Below are positions 39,127-48,209 of a stretch of 64,000 bases of DNA, piece after piece (position 1 is the stretch's first letter; each line of letters opens with the position of its first letter). The notes beneath the pieces are model-generated. The model made no database searches. It saw only the letters and a list, made by a program, of their open reading frames with translations, and was not told the origin of the DNA. This DNA is from Fibrobacterales bacterium (GTDB taxonomy: Bacteria > Fibrobacterota > Fibrobacteria > Fibrobacterales > JAOPTW01): assembly GCA_051532055.1 (NCBI GenBank), contig JAOPTX010000023.1:32001-96000 (forward strand), in the 5' to 3' direction. The position numbers and the translations under genes were made by a program.

Positions 39127-40413
39127 ATGAATGATACCCCCACTTCCCCACTTGCCGAGCGCATGCGCCCCACTACTCTCGATGAGTTATTAGGGCAGAC
39201 TCGTATAATCGGTGAAGGTTCAATGCTCAAACGAGCTCTTGAAGGCGGCTCTGTCCCCTCTATGATTTTTTGGGGGCCTCCTGGATGCGGCAAAACATCT
39301 TTAGCACATGTAATAAGACATCAGACAGACCATGCTTTTATTGCACTTTCTGCAGTCCATTCCGGTAAAAAAGAGGTCCGCGAGGCAATTCTTGAAGCTG
39401 AAAAACGCACCGCGTTTAATAAACAGAAAACCATTCTCTTTATTGATGAGATTCACCGTTTTAATAAAGCACAACAGGATTCACTCCTCCATGCATCAGA
39501 AACGGGCGCGGTTACTCTTATAGGGGCAACCACAGAGAACCCCTCATTTGAAGTCAACAATGCACTACTCTCACGGTGCCAACTCATCCTTTTTGCTCCG
39601 CTTGGTGAAAAAGAACTCCTTAACCTCATAGACCAAGCCCTTAATGACGACCCACGAGGCTTATGTTCAGGAAAAACCATTGAAAAAGAGGCAGCACTAT
39701 CACTTATCAGCCAAGCAGATGGTGACGCTCGCTACCTCCTTAATCAACTCGAGTGGATTGCCGAACACAGCACCGGTGACACTATATCATCTGAAACACT
39801 GAAAGAGGTTCAAATTGAGAACCCACTTCGTTATGATAAAAAAGATGAGAATCACTACAATTTTATCTCGGTTTTTCAGAAATCAATACGGGGAAGTGAT
39901 GTAGATGCTGCGCTCTATTGGCTCCACCGCATGATTCAATCTGGTGAGGACCCACGCTATCTCTTACGTCGGCTCATGCGTATCGCCATTGAGGACATTG
40001 GAAATGCTGACCCACAAGCAATACAACTTGCAACATCTTGCCAGCAAGCGTATGATTTTTTAGGTATCCCTGAAGGACTCATGGCACTTGACCAACTCAC
40101 TATTTATCTAGCAACTGCCCCAAAAAGCAACAAAGTTGAGATAGCAGAGATAAAAGCCAATGCCCTTGTAAAAGAGTTCGGCAACCTCCCTGTCCCCAAA
40201 GCATTCAGAAATGCAGTAAATAAAACAGGCAAGAAATTGGGGTATGGCGATGGCTATAAATATGATCACGATTTTCCCCACTCCTATGCAGGGCAAAACC
40301 ACCTCCCACAAAAACTTGTCGGTACAACCATTTATGAGCCAACCCCACATGGGTTTGAAAAAACCATCGGCCAAAGAATGGAATATTGGCGCAAAAGCAG
40401 AGAATCTAAATAA
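39127..40413 (+). CDS. rarA: replication-associated recombination protein A
   Basis: PLAERMRP, GPPGCGKT, DEIHRFNKAQQD, GATTENP, KSIRGSD, EDIGNADP. Confidence 0.95.
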   Translation: MNDTPTSPLAERMRPTTLDELLGQTRIIGEGSMLKRALEGGSVPSMIFWGPPGCGKTSLAHVIRHQTDHAFIALSAVHSGKKEVREAILEAEKRTAFNKQKTILFIDEIHRFNKAQQDSLLHASETGAVTLIGATTENPSFEVNNALLSRCQLILFAPLGEKELLNLIDQALNDDPRGLCSGKTIEKEAALSLISQADGDARYLLNQLEWIAEHSTGDTISSETLKEVQIENPLRYDKKDENHYNFISVFQKSIRGSDVDAALYWLHRMIQSGEDPRYLLRRLMRIAIEDIGNADPQAIQLATSCQQAYDFLGIPEGLMALDQLTIYLATAPKSNKVEIAEIKANALVKEFGNLPVPKAFRNAVNKTGKKLGYGDGYKYDHDFPHSYAGQNHLPQKLVGTTIYEPTPHGFEKTIGQRMEYWRKSRESK

Positions 40414-40535
40414 AAGGGTAATCTTACCCTAAGCCTCATCACTTTGCACCGGCAAAATCCCCCTATTTCTCGCCTAAAAACCGCAATTAAACTATATTTT
40501 GACCACACTCATTAAGCGGTTGGTTCCCACTCATT

Positions 40536-41864
40536 ATGTCTCAGAATTCGGAAAAAGGCTCAACTTCAAAAAAACTTATTAGGGGTATCACCCGAGAACT
40601 GGTAATTCCCATTGTTCTTGCACTGATAGTGATCCAATTTGTTATACAAGCATTTAGAATTCCTACAGGATCTATGGAAAACCACCTTCTTGTCGGTGAC
40701 TTTCTGTTAGGGATCAAATTCGTCTATGGAATAGACCTCCCCTTTAGTGATGCTCGTATTGCAATCTCTGAACCAGACCAAGGTGACGTCGTTATTTTTC
40801 GCTACCCTGGTGACCCAATAGTTCCCGATTACGATAATGACCGGTATAGCTTTATTGCAGACCTCCTTATGTTTGGTAAATATTACTACGATCACAAAGC
40901 CCCAGAAGGGTCTCCAAGTCTTATTCACTCTCCAGAAAGCCCCAAGGATTTTATTAAACGGTGTATTGCCGTTGGTGGGCAAACGATTCAAATTATTGAC
41001 AAACGAGTATTTGTTGATGGAAAAGAGTTTGCCCTTCCTAAAAAGGGAAAGTTTAGGGAGACAGACAACTATCCACTGAGAGATAATTTTGGACCATACA
41101 CACTCCCCAAGGCAGGAGATCATTTTAAACTTGACACTCTCAGCCTTAAAGAACTGTATAATATTAAATCAGTGATTGCCCAAGAAAACCCCAGTAGCAC
41201 TGTAGAGCTCCAACTCTCACTTGCGCAACATGACCAAGCATTGGATAACTACACCTTTGAAAATTTTATATTTCCTTCTGGAATCTCAAACTTTCATTCC
41301 CTCTATATTGCACACATCCGCGAAAAAGATATGGTGTGGAAATCATCAAGTTCCTTTTCAAATAAAGAGAATATTAATATCTCGTTTAACTTTTTCAAAG
41401 AGTATGCTCGAACGGGCTTTATTCTTCGGCCTATGCAAAATAGTATTGGCACTTTTACCCGCACCGTTTCGTACACCTATTTTGAACCACAACTCCTTAA
41501 TAGCCTTGAAGCAAATGTCACTTCTATAAATACCAATGATTCTGCAGCTCACCTCGCTCTTAACTACCATCTTACTGTTGATGGCACCCCAATCTCTGGA
41601 TATACTACTCAAGAGAACACCTTTTTTATGATGGGTGACAATCGACACAACTCTGATGATAGTAGATTTTGGGGCGTTGTAAGCAATCGAAATATTAAAG
41701 CAAAAGCATTTATCACCTACTTCTCATTTGACGATCCACCAGAAAGCTCGGAAGAGTTTAATCGATATGATGATTTCCAAATAGTTAACCCCTTTACTTG
41801 GTTTAAAATACCTGCTAAAATTCGCTGGTCACGTATCGGTAAATTAATTCACCCGGTTAAGTAG
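40536..41864 (+). CDS. lepB: signal peptidase I with insertions
   Basis: IPTGSME (Ser), FIKRCI (Lys), MMGDNRHNSDDSRFWG. Confidence 0.92.
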   Translation: MSQNSEKGSTSKKLIRGITRELVIPIVLALIVIQFVIQAFRIPTGSMENHLLVGDFLLGIKFVYGIDLPFSDARIAISEPDQGDVVIFRYPGDPIVPDYDNDRYSFIADLLMFGKYYYDHKAPEGSPSLIHSPESPKDFIKRCIAVGGQTIQIIDKRVFVDGKEFALPKKGKFRETDNYPLRDNFGPYTLPKAGDHFKLDTLSLKELYNIKSVIAQENPSSTVELQLSLAQHDQALDNYTFENFIFPSGISNFHSLYIAHIREKDMVWKSSSSFSNKENINISFNFFKEYARTGFILRPMQNSIGTFTRTVSYTYFEPQLLNSLEANVTSINTNDSAAHLALNYHLTVDGTPISGYTTQENTFFMMGDNRHNSDDSRFWGVVSNRNIKAKAFITYFSFDDPPESSEEFNRYDDFQIVNPFTWFKIPAKIRWSRIGKLIHPVK

Positions 41865-41872
41865 CCCCCAGT

Positions 41873-43681
41873 ATGAAACAAACACACATCATTCTTCTCC
41901 TTGCTGTACTTATATTATTGGTTGCCTGTGCCCATGTTGTCCCTCTCACTGGGGGAGAGCCTGACAAGCAGAAACCTTACATTACTGGTATATATCCCAA
42001 AAGTCAAAGCACTCAAGTGCCTCGCGAATTGCAGGCCGTATTTCAATTTAGTGAATGGATTAATGACCGCCCAAATGATTTTAAAAAGGCAGTAACCATT
42101 TCTCCACCGCTTAATAAACTGCTCAAGTTCAACGTTGATGGCGACCGGCTTATGATCACCTCTAATGCAACGCTCGATTCAAATACTACCTATAACCTCG
42201 TTCTATCAACTGAAGTGCAAGATCTAAATGGCAACCAATTGATCTCTCCCTTCAATCTCACCTTTTCTACAGGTGATACCATAGACACTCTTGAACTTGC
42301 TGGTTCAGTACAATACCCTATTGGGTCTCGCGGAAAAATGAGTTCCGTTAAGATTGGCCTCTATCCTACAGGAGAGAACCGTTCATCCTTTGGATACCTC
42401 ACTGAGTTTGCTGACTCAAATGGAGTCGTCGCACCAAATCCTAACTTTTTCGAAGAAAAACCCCTCTATATCACCGGCAGTGACTCATCGGGTCTTTTTC
42501 TTTTTAAAGGCCTCAAAAAAGGGAGCTATGAACTCATCGCCTTTGAGGATAAAAATAACAACGCAAAAGTAAATCTTCCGTCTGAGAAAGTAGCTCTCGC
42601 AAGTGGACCACTGATAATTGGAGACACTACAAAACCTGCGCTCACATTAATAAGTCAAGATACCAATAAACTCAAACTCACCGGTATAGAAATAGAGTAC
42701 CCCAATCGACTTGTTGTTAATTTTAATAAGGCACCTTTTAAAGATAGCGCCCTCATCAATACCAACTATCTCATAATGTCTCTCGATTCGAGCAGAACCT
42801 ACCCAATACAGTCTGTGTATCTTCAGCCAAATTCTAATTATCCCGTACTCACTATTGACTCGCTCGCAGCAGATTCGTCATATGTTATAATTTGTACAAA
42901 CCTACAAGACTCCCTTTCACACCCTCTCGACTCTGCACGTCGTTTTACTCAATTTACCTGGCGACCTCTTATTGACACCCTGCCACCACGTGTGGTGACC
43001 ACACAGCCAAAAGCGCGAGCCAAGGACATCACGCTCGATACAGCAATTACGCTCTTTTATAATAAGCCCGTAACCCCTGATGATTTTACCTATCAACTGG
43101 TTGCCGCTGAAGACACTCTTCCCTATACTGTTGAACAACATGACCCTCTCACTATTACAATCACACCACATAAAGAGCTTCCCAATAATTCAGAAGCGGT
43201 TGTTTCATACCTTACCTCAGACACACTTATTATTGAAGGTGACTCAACTCAGCCTAACGACACAACCATTACTCAACGCGCAAACACCATTCTATCATTC
43301 AATACCTATGAGGTAATAAAAATATCCCAGTTTTCAGGTACCATTCCAGGCAACTATTTTACCCCATCCCAAAAGGGCTCAGCCCAAGCAATCATTACCA
43401 TACAAAACCAGATGACGAAGAATATTTACTCAACCCAATCTATCGACGGCACCTTCACATACAACTCAATTCCAGAAGGCCCATACTTTTTAGAGTACTA
43501 TATTGATACCAATAAAAATTCGCGATGGGATGCTGGCTCTATTTATCCTTTGAGTTACTCAGAGCCTTATCATCGCATTAAAGATACGCTTCATATCGTA
43601 CGAAGCGAACCAAATGTTCTCCAAACATTACTCACACAACTCCAAGACACAACAAGTGTTTTACCTAAGCAGGAACCATGA
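41873..43681 (+). CDS. lipoprotein with bacterial Ig-like domains
   Basis: LVAC lipobox, GG..D..P, F.FSEW, FSTG..ID, D.N.N...D motifs. Confidence 0.8.
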   Translation: MKQTHIILLLAVLILLVACAHVVPLTGGEPDKQKPYITGIYPKSQSTQVPRELQAVFQFSEWINDRPNDFKKAVTISPPLNKLLKFNVDGDRLMITSNATLDSNTTYNLVLSTEVQDLNGNQLISPFNLTFSTGDTIDTLELAGSVQYPIGSRGKMSSVKIGLYPTGENRSSFGYLTEFADSNGVVAPNPNFFEEKPLYITGSDSSGLFLFKGLKKGSYELIAFEDKNNNAKVNLPSEKVALASGPLIIGDTTKPALTLISQDTNKLKLTGIEIEYPNRLVVNFNKAPFKDSALINTNYLIMSLDSSRTYPIQSVYLQPNSNYPVLTIDSLAADSSYVIICTNLQDSLSHPLDSARRFTQFTWRPLIDTLPPRVVTTQPKARAKDITLDTAITLFYNKPVTPDDFTYQLVAAEDTLPYTVEQHDPLTITITPHKELPNNSEAVVSYLTSDTLIIEGDSTQPNDTTITQRANTILSFNTYEVIKISQFSGTIPGNYFTPSQKGSAQAIITIQNQMTKNIYSTQSIDGTFTYNSIPEGPYFLEYYIDTNKNSRWDAGSIYPLSYSEPYHRIKDTLHIVRSEPNVLQTLLTQLQDTTSVLPKQEP

Positions 43682-46359
43682 TCACCTCTATCTCTGAATT
43701 TATTGCAATTGACCTTGAAGCTACAGGGCTCGACTACAAAAACGATACTATTATTGAAATTGCCCTTGCGCACTTTATTAATGGTGAAGTCGTTAATTCC
43801 TATAACAAGTGCATCAATCCAGGCTGCCTTATCTCAGCCTTTATTTCAAACCTTACCGGTATCACTCAAGCCGATCTTGATAACGCCCCTACTTTTGCAG
43901 CTGAAGCACAGGAAATCAGAACGTTTATTGGCGACCTTCCTGTTGTAGCCCATAATTCATACTACGATACAACCATGCTTAACACCTGCCTCGAAAAGGT
44001 ATCTGTTCACCTCGTTGAAACCAACCCTGTGTATGACTCTCTTCTTGCCGCGCGAATTGCATGGCCCCATATGGTAAACCATAGACTCGGTACTGTGATA
44101 CAAGAACTCAACATAGATGTCCCTGCTTCACATAGAGCACTTCCCGATGCAATAGCTTCAGGACAGGTATTTATACAGGCTCAGGAAATTTTTACCACGT
44201 ACTCTGAAGTAACTCTACATCAAATGAGCCAAATATGTAGCAGTATACAACAGCCAGCAAACAAGTCGTGGAGTCAACTATTTAATACATCTTCTGAGGC
44301 CCAAGTATCTTCTACCGTAATCGGAGATCCGGCAACTCATGCTCCTCTTACCCCCGAAATTTGTGAGAAACTCAAGAATTCTCCCCTTATCTCTGCCGCA
44401 ACACACCCCCTTAGAGATAAAGTCGACATTTCCCTCAAAGGAACTGAAGTACTCATTGCACAAAATGATCCTCTGTATCCCAAATGTCACTCATATCTTG
44501 TGCCTATTTTTGAACGCATTGCTCATTCAGAAGATCGTGTTGTCATTTCTACCAGTAAATCGAGTCGCAGTGAACTTATCGACCTTATTAAAAAATTAGA
44601 AGATGAGATAAAGCAACCACTCCCTTATTCTATTTTACAATCCCGCGATCAATATCTCTGTTTACAAAAGTTTGCCAATTGTCTTAAAGACCCAGATGTA
44701 CTTCTTTCTGAAAATGAGAAACTTACTTTCCTCACTCTAATACCTTGGGCTCATACCACTGTTACTGGCGACATTACTCGTCACAAGGGGTTTAATCTCA
44801 GCCGCAATAGACAACTCTGGTACAAACTCTCTGGCGCAGGAAGTAGTTGTAGTGGTTCTGACTGCATATCTACTTACAACTGCTTTGCTCATAGAGCACG
44901 TAAACAAGCCGAGAGTGCTCAACTTATAATCGTTGACCATCATGGCTTCTTTACTGACATGCAACTTGATTTTAGCTTTATTCCCCCGTATGACGCCATA
45001 CTCTTTGACGACTCTGGTGATCTGCAATCAGTAGGATACTCATACCTCAACAAATCCATTTGGTACTTTAAACTCAAGAATATAATCCAGACGTTTTCGA
45101 GTCACTACGAACCTGATGTCGGGCTTTATGGACTTCTAAAGAAACACAGTTCATTAGAGCTACTCCCTGAGATTGAAGATCTCCGTGAATTGGTTAAAGG
45201 TTGTGAAAAAAGTCTCCATAGACTATTCATGAAACTGGGTAAAAATATTCACAAGAAAAACAGTGAGAAGCGTTCAAAAATATCATTTACACAATCAATT
45301 GGGCTTGAATTTAATGCAAGCCCTGACAAATTGAATAAAGCATTTGATGCCTGCCTCACTGCACTTGACTCTATTCCTGCTCAACTTTCAGAAAATGATC
45401 ACCTCTTTTTAATAAAAGAGATTAATGAATTCAAAACGTCACTCTCTGATTTTTATCGCGACATTCAATTCGTCTTTACATCAGAAAACGAGAATTTCTG
45501 TTTTTGGACCGAAGAGTTTAATAACCCTCATAAGATACGCATGAATGCAACAGCAATTGATCCAGAGCTCCTTATGCCACCTAAGTTTTATCAGATGGTT
45601 CGCTCTGCGCTTTTTATATCAAATGAACAAACCGTTATGGGTAAAACAAGTTATATTAGAACACTTTTCTCTATTGAAAATTCTAAAAAACACATTCGCC
45701 AATTCGTACTCAATCGTGAAAAGCCTCTTGGTGAAACACTTCCCATTATCATTGGCACTGATACTCATAAAATGCCTTCCCCACAAAAAATGTCGACCAT
45801 AATTAGTACCCTTCAAAAGGTGATGCACAGCTCAACAGGAAAAATTGTGGTAATTTTTCAAAACCCATACTTCTTGCGCCAAGCCAGTAAGGTTCTTGCA
45901 AATGAAGCAAAACAGGGAAGCTGTAAGCTCTATGCACAAGATATCGATAGTGGACTAGATAATCTTATCCCTCTGTTCATCAATGCACCTCATTCAATGC
46001 TCTTAACCACATCGATTTTCCCAAATTTATCTGGTCTCGGGGCAGAGGAACCCCTTACGGTAATCTATACACAACTTCCCTTCCCTGACACCCAGCATCC
46101 TGCATTAAAAGCAACAAGTGAACTTCTCGAAACTCGTTCTATAAATCCATTTACAGAATCTTTGGTACCTCAAGCAGCTATTGCTCTCGAGAAAAGTCTT
46201 AACAATCTTGCACAGCTGAATACCCCTCCCAAAGTAGTATTTCTTGATAGTCGTGCAGCAGCGGAGAAGTACTCTACTGTCTTTACTAATATTTGGAATA
46301 AAAAACACACCCTCTATACTGATGGCGAAGCACTTCTTGCCGCAATAGAGGAGAAATAG
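43678..46359 (+). CDS. DEDDh exonuclease fused to a DinG-like helicase with degenerate ATPase motifs
   Basis: DLEATG, AHN..YD, HRALPDA exonuclease motifs; DinG scaffold (YLC, Cys cluster, LPFP, LDSR) lacking Walker A/B consensus. Confidence 0.85.
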   Translation: MITSISEFIAIDLEATGLDYKNDTIIEIALAHFINGEVVNSYNKCINPGCLISAFISNLTGITQADLDNAPTFAAEAQEIRTFIGDLPVVAHNSYYDTTMLNTCLEKVSVHLVETNPVYDSLLAARIAWPHMVNHRLGTVIQELNIDVPASHRALPDAIASGQVFIQAQEIFTTYSEVTLHQMSQICSSIQQPANKSWSQLFNTSSEAQVSSTVIGDPATHAPLTPEICEKLKNSPLISAATHPLRDKVDISLKGTEVLIAQNDPLYPKCHSYLVPIFERIAHSEDRVVISTSKSSRSELIDLIKKLEDEIKQPLPYSILQSRDQYLCLQKFANCLKDPDVLLSENEKLTFLTLIPWAHTTVTGDITRHKGFNLSRNRQLWYKLSGAGSSCSGSDCISTYNCFAHRARKQAESAQLIIVDHHGFFTDMQLDFSFIPPYDAILFDDSGDLQSVGYSYLNKSIWYFKLKNIIQTFSSHYEPDVGLYGLLKKHSSLELLPEIEDLRELVKGCEKSLHRLFMKLGKNIHKKNSEKRSKISFTQSIGLEFNASPDKLNKAFDACLTALDSIPAQLSENDHLFLIKEINEFKTSLSDFYRDIQFVFTSENENFCFWTEEFNNPHKIRMNATAIDPELLMPPKFYQMVRSALFISNEQTVMGKTSYIRTLFSIENSKKHIRQFVLNREKPLGETLPIIIGTDTHKMPSPQKMSTIISTLQKVMHSSTGKIVVIFQNPYFLRQASKVLANEAKQGSCKLYAQDIDSGLDNLIPLFINAPHSMLLTTSIFPNLSGLGAEEPLTVIYTQLPFPDTQHPALKATSELLETRSINPFTESLVPQAAIALEKSLNNLAQLNTPPKVVFLDSRAAAEKYSTVFTNIWNKKHTLYTDGEALLAAIEEK

Positions 46360-46370
46360 GAGTTACTCCC

Positions 46371-46898
46371 ATGAAGAACAACATTCTCCACTCCGTTACC
46401 TTTGCAAAAAGAGTAGTATTAGGGTCACTCCTTATCCTCTCTTTAGATCTTCTCATAGGGTGTTACTCTTTTTCAAATTCAACGCTTCCCAGTAGCATCA
46501 AAACCATAACTATTTTCCCAACTGAGAATCAAACAATGCAGGCGGTACTTGGTGATAAACTTACCGAACGCATCAAACAGGTATTTACTGCTAACGCTCG
46601 AGAAGTAAGACAGGTCAGTAGTTCTCCCCATAGTGAGTTCTATATTACACTCAAAAAATATGAGAATGAACCTCTTAACTTTTCTGCAGATGCAACCATT
46701 GAGAGTTATCAAGTACGCATTGTTGTTGATGTGCTTTTTAAGGACTTAACCAGTGATGAAATACTATACGAAGGAAGTGACATCGAGGGACTTGGCGCCT
46801 ACAACACTTCAGATGAAGATGAAATATCCCATGGTCAACAACGAGCACTCGAAGACATTGAGCTCATTATCATAAACAATTCACTGTCAGCCTGGTAA
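46371..46898 (+). CDS. lptE: LptE-like LPS assembly lipoprotein
   Basis: LIGC-YSF lipobox, IKTITI...EN.T, terminal Trp. Confidence 0.72.
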   Translation: MKNNILHSVTFAKRVVLGSLLILSLDLLIGCYSFSNSTLPSSIKTITIFPTENQTMQAVLGDKLTERIKQVFTANAREVRQVSSSPHSEFYITLKKYENEPLNFSADATIESYQVRIVVDVLFKDLTSDEILYEGSDIEGLGAYNTSDEDEISHGQQRALEDIELIIINNSLSAW

Positions 46899-46922
46899 CC
46901 TCTACAATACTAAGGATTTCTA

Positions 46923-47756
46923 ATGGCTCTTCGCTTTACAAAAATGCATGGTTGCGGAAATGATTATGTCTACATCAACTGTTTTACTGAACAGGTAAGT
47001 AACCCAAGCGCTCTTGCACAACAAGTTTCAAATCGCAATTTTGGTATTGGCTCTGATGGACTGATTCTCATTAAACCCTTCGAAGGTGCTGATGCTGAAA
47101 TGGTCATGTATAATGTTGATGGTTCCCTATCTGAAATGTGTGGCAATGGCCTCCGATGCGTTGCGAAATATGTCTATGACCATGGCATAGCCTCCAAAGA
47201 ACAACTCACCCTTATGACTGGTGATGGATTGAAAAATGCCACTATTGCAGCAACAGAGCATGGCGTAGCGACTAACATTACTATTGATATGGGAGTACCA
47301 ACACTCAATGGCGCTTCTATACCTACAACCTGGAACAGCCCCACTGTTGTCAATCAAGTCATTACAGCCGGAGACCGAGAGTTCACAGTAACCTGTGTAA
47401 GTATGGGCAATCCACACTGTGTAATCTATGTTAATGACGTACAAAATTTCCCTATTGAAATCTATGGCCCATTACTAGAAAGTGCATCGTATTTCCCCAA
47501 CAAAATTAATGTCGAATTTGTTGAAATTATTTCTGCTACTGAAGTAATTCAACGTACATGGGAACGTGGCTGTGGAGAAACCCTCGCCTGCGGTACTGGC
47601 GCTTCTGCAGTGTGTGTTGCAGGTGTGTTAACTGGGAAGACAGAAGCAGACTTACTCATTCATCTTACGGGAGGTGATCTCCAACTCTCCTATACCACTA
47701 ATGAAACGGTCATAATGACGGGCCCCGCAGTTGAAGTTTTTACGGGAACACTTTAA
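46923..47756 (+). CDS. dapF: diaminopimelate epimerase
   Basis: KMHGCGNDY, EMCGNGLRC, GNPH, ERGCGETLACGTGA. Confidence 0.97.
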   Translation: MALRFTKMHGCGNDYVYINCFTEQVSNPSALAQQVSNRNFGIGSDGLILIKPFEGADAEMVMYNVDGSLSEMCGNGLRCVAKYVYDHGIASKEQLTLMTGDGLKNATIAATEHGVATNITIDMGVPTLNGASIPTTWNSPTVVNQVITAGDREFTVTCVSMGNPHCVIYVNDVQNFPIEIYGPLLESASYFPNKINVEFVEIISATEVIQRTWERGCGETLACGTGASAVCVAGVLTGKTEADLLIHLTGGDLQLSYTTNETVIMTGPAVEVFTGTL

Positions 47757-47859
47757 CTTTCTGATGGGCTTTTCATCCTTAAAATCACCAACTCCTGCAT
47801 TGTGAATCATTAATCGTTCCTCTTTTCTGATCAAATCGACCTTTTAAAATTCGCTATTT

Positions 47860-47873
47860 TTGATCTAAATCAA
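47860..47873. promoter_or_regulatory. FNR/CRP-family box upstream of feoA
   Basis: TTGATCTAAATCAA, a perfect TTGAT-N4-ATCAA; TGnTAAACT at 47894-47902 fits class II spacing. Confidence 0.75.
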
Positions 47874-47922
47874 GAAAAGTGCTACTTTTAGATTGCTAAA
47901 CTGTATAAAAGCAAAATATAGC

Positions 47923-47966
47923 TTGAGACAGCATCTCAATTTATCTACTTTGAGACTAATTCTCAG
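47923..47966. promoter_or_regulatory. two tandem Fur-like palindromes upstream of feoA
   Basis: TTGAGACAGCATCTCAA (47923-47939) and TTGAGACTAATTCTCAG (47950-47966). Confidence 0.7.
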
Positions 47967-47981
47967 TCGCAAGGTTAGCAT

Positions 47982-48209
47982 ATGAAATTAAATGATCTCG
48001 AAATCGGTAAACAAGCAACTATTACCGAAATCACTGCCACAGATGAACTTCGTCATAGATTGTTCTCTTTTGGCATTAGACCAGGTAACACCGTAGAAAT
48101 GAAAAATGTTAGTTTTAACCACGCAAACCTTCAAGTAATGATACAATCATCACTCACTAACTTACGAGCAGAAGAGGCCGTTATGGTCATCATAGAGGAG
48201 CTCAAATGA
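47982..48209 (+). CDS. feoA: ferrous iron transport protein A
   Basis: RLFSFGIRPG..LRAEEA FeoA pattern; overlaps the feoB start. Confidence 0.9.
   Translation: MKLNDLEIGKQATITEITATDELRHRLFSFGIRPGNTVEMKNVSFNHANLQVMIQSSLTNLRAEEAVMVIIEELK

Noticed and set aside
43678..46359. DinG fusion as type IV CRISPR CasDinG or as the exonuclease partner of the DUF294 receptor
   Set aside because: No cas genes or array; it lies about 17 kb from the receptor in a housekeeping operon (lepB, lptE, dapF)
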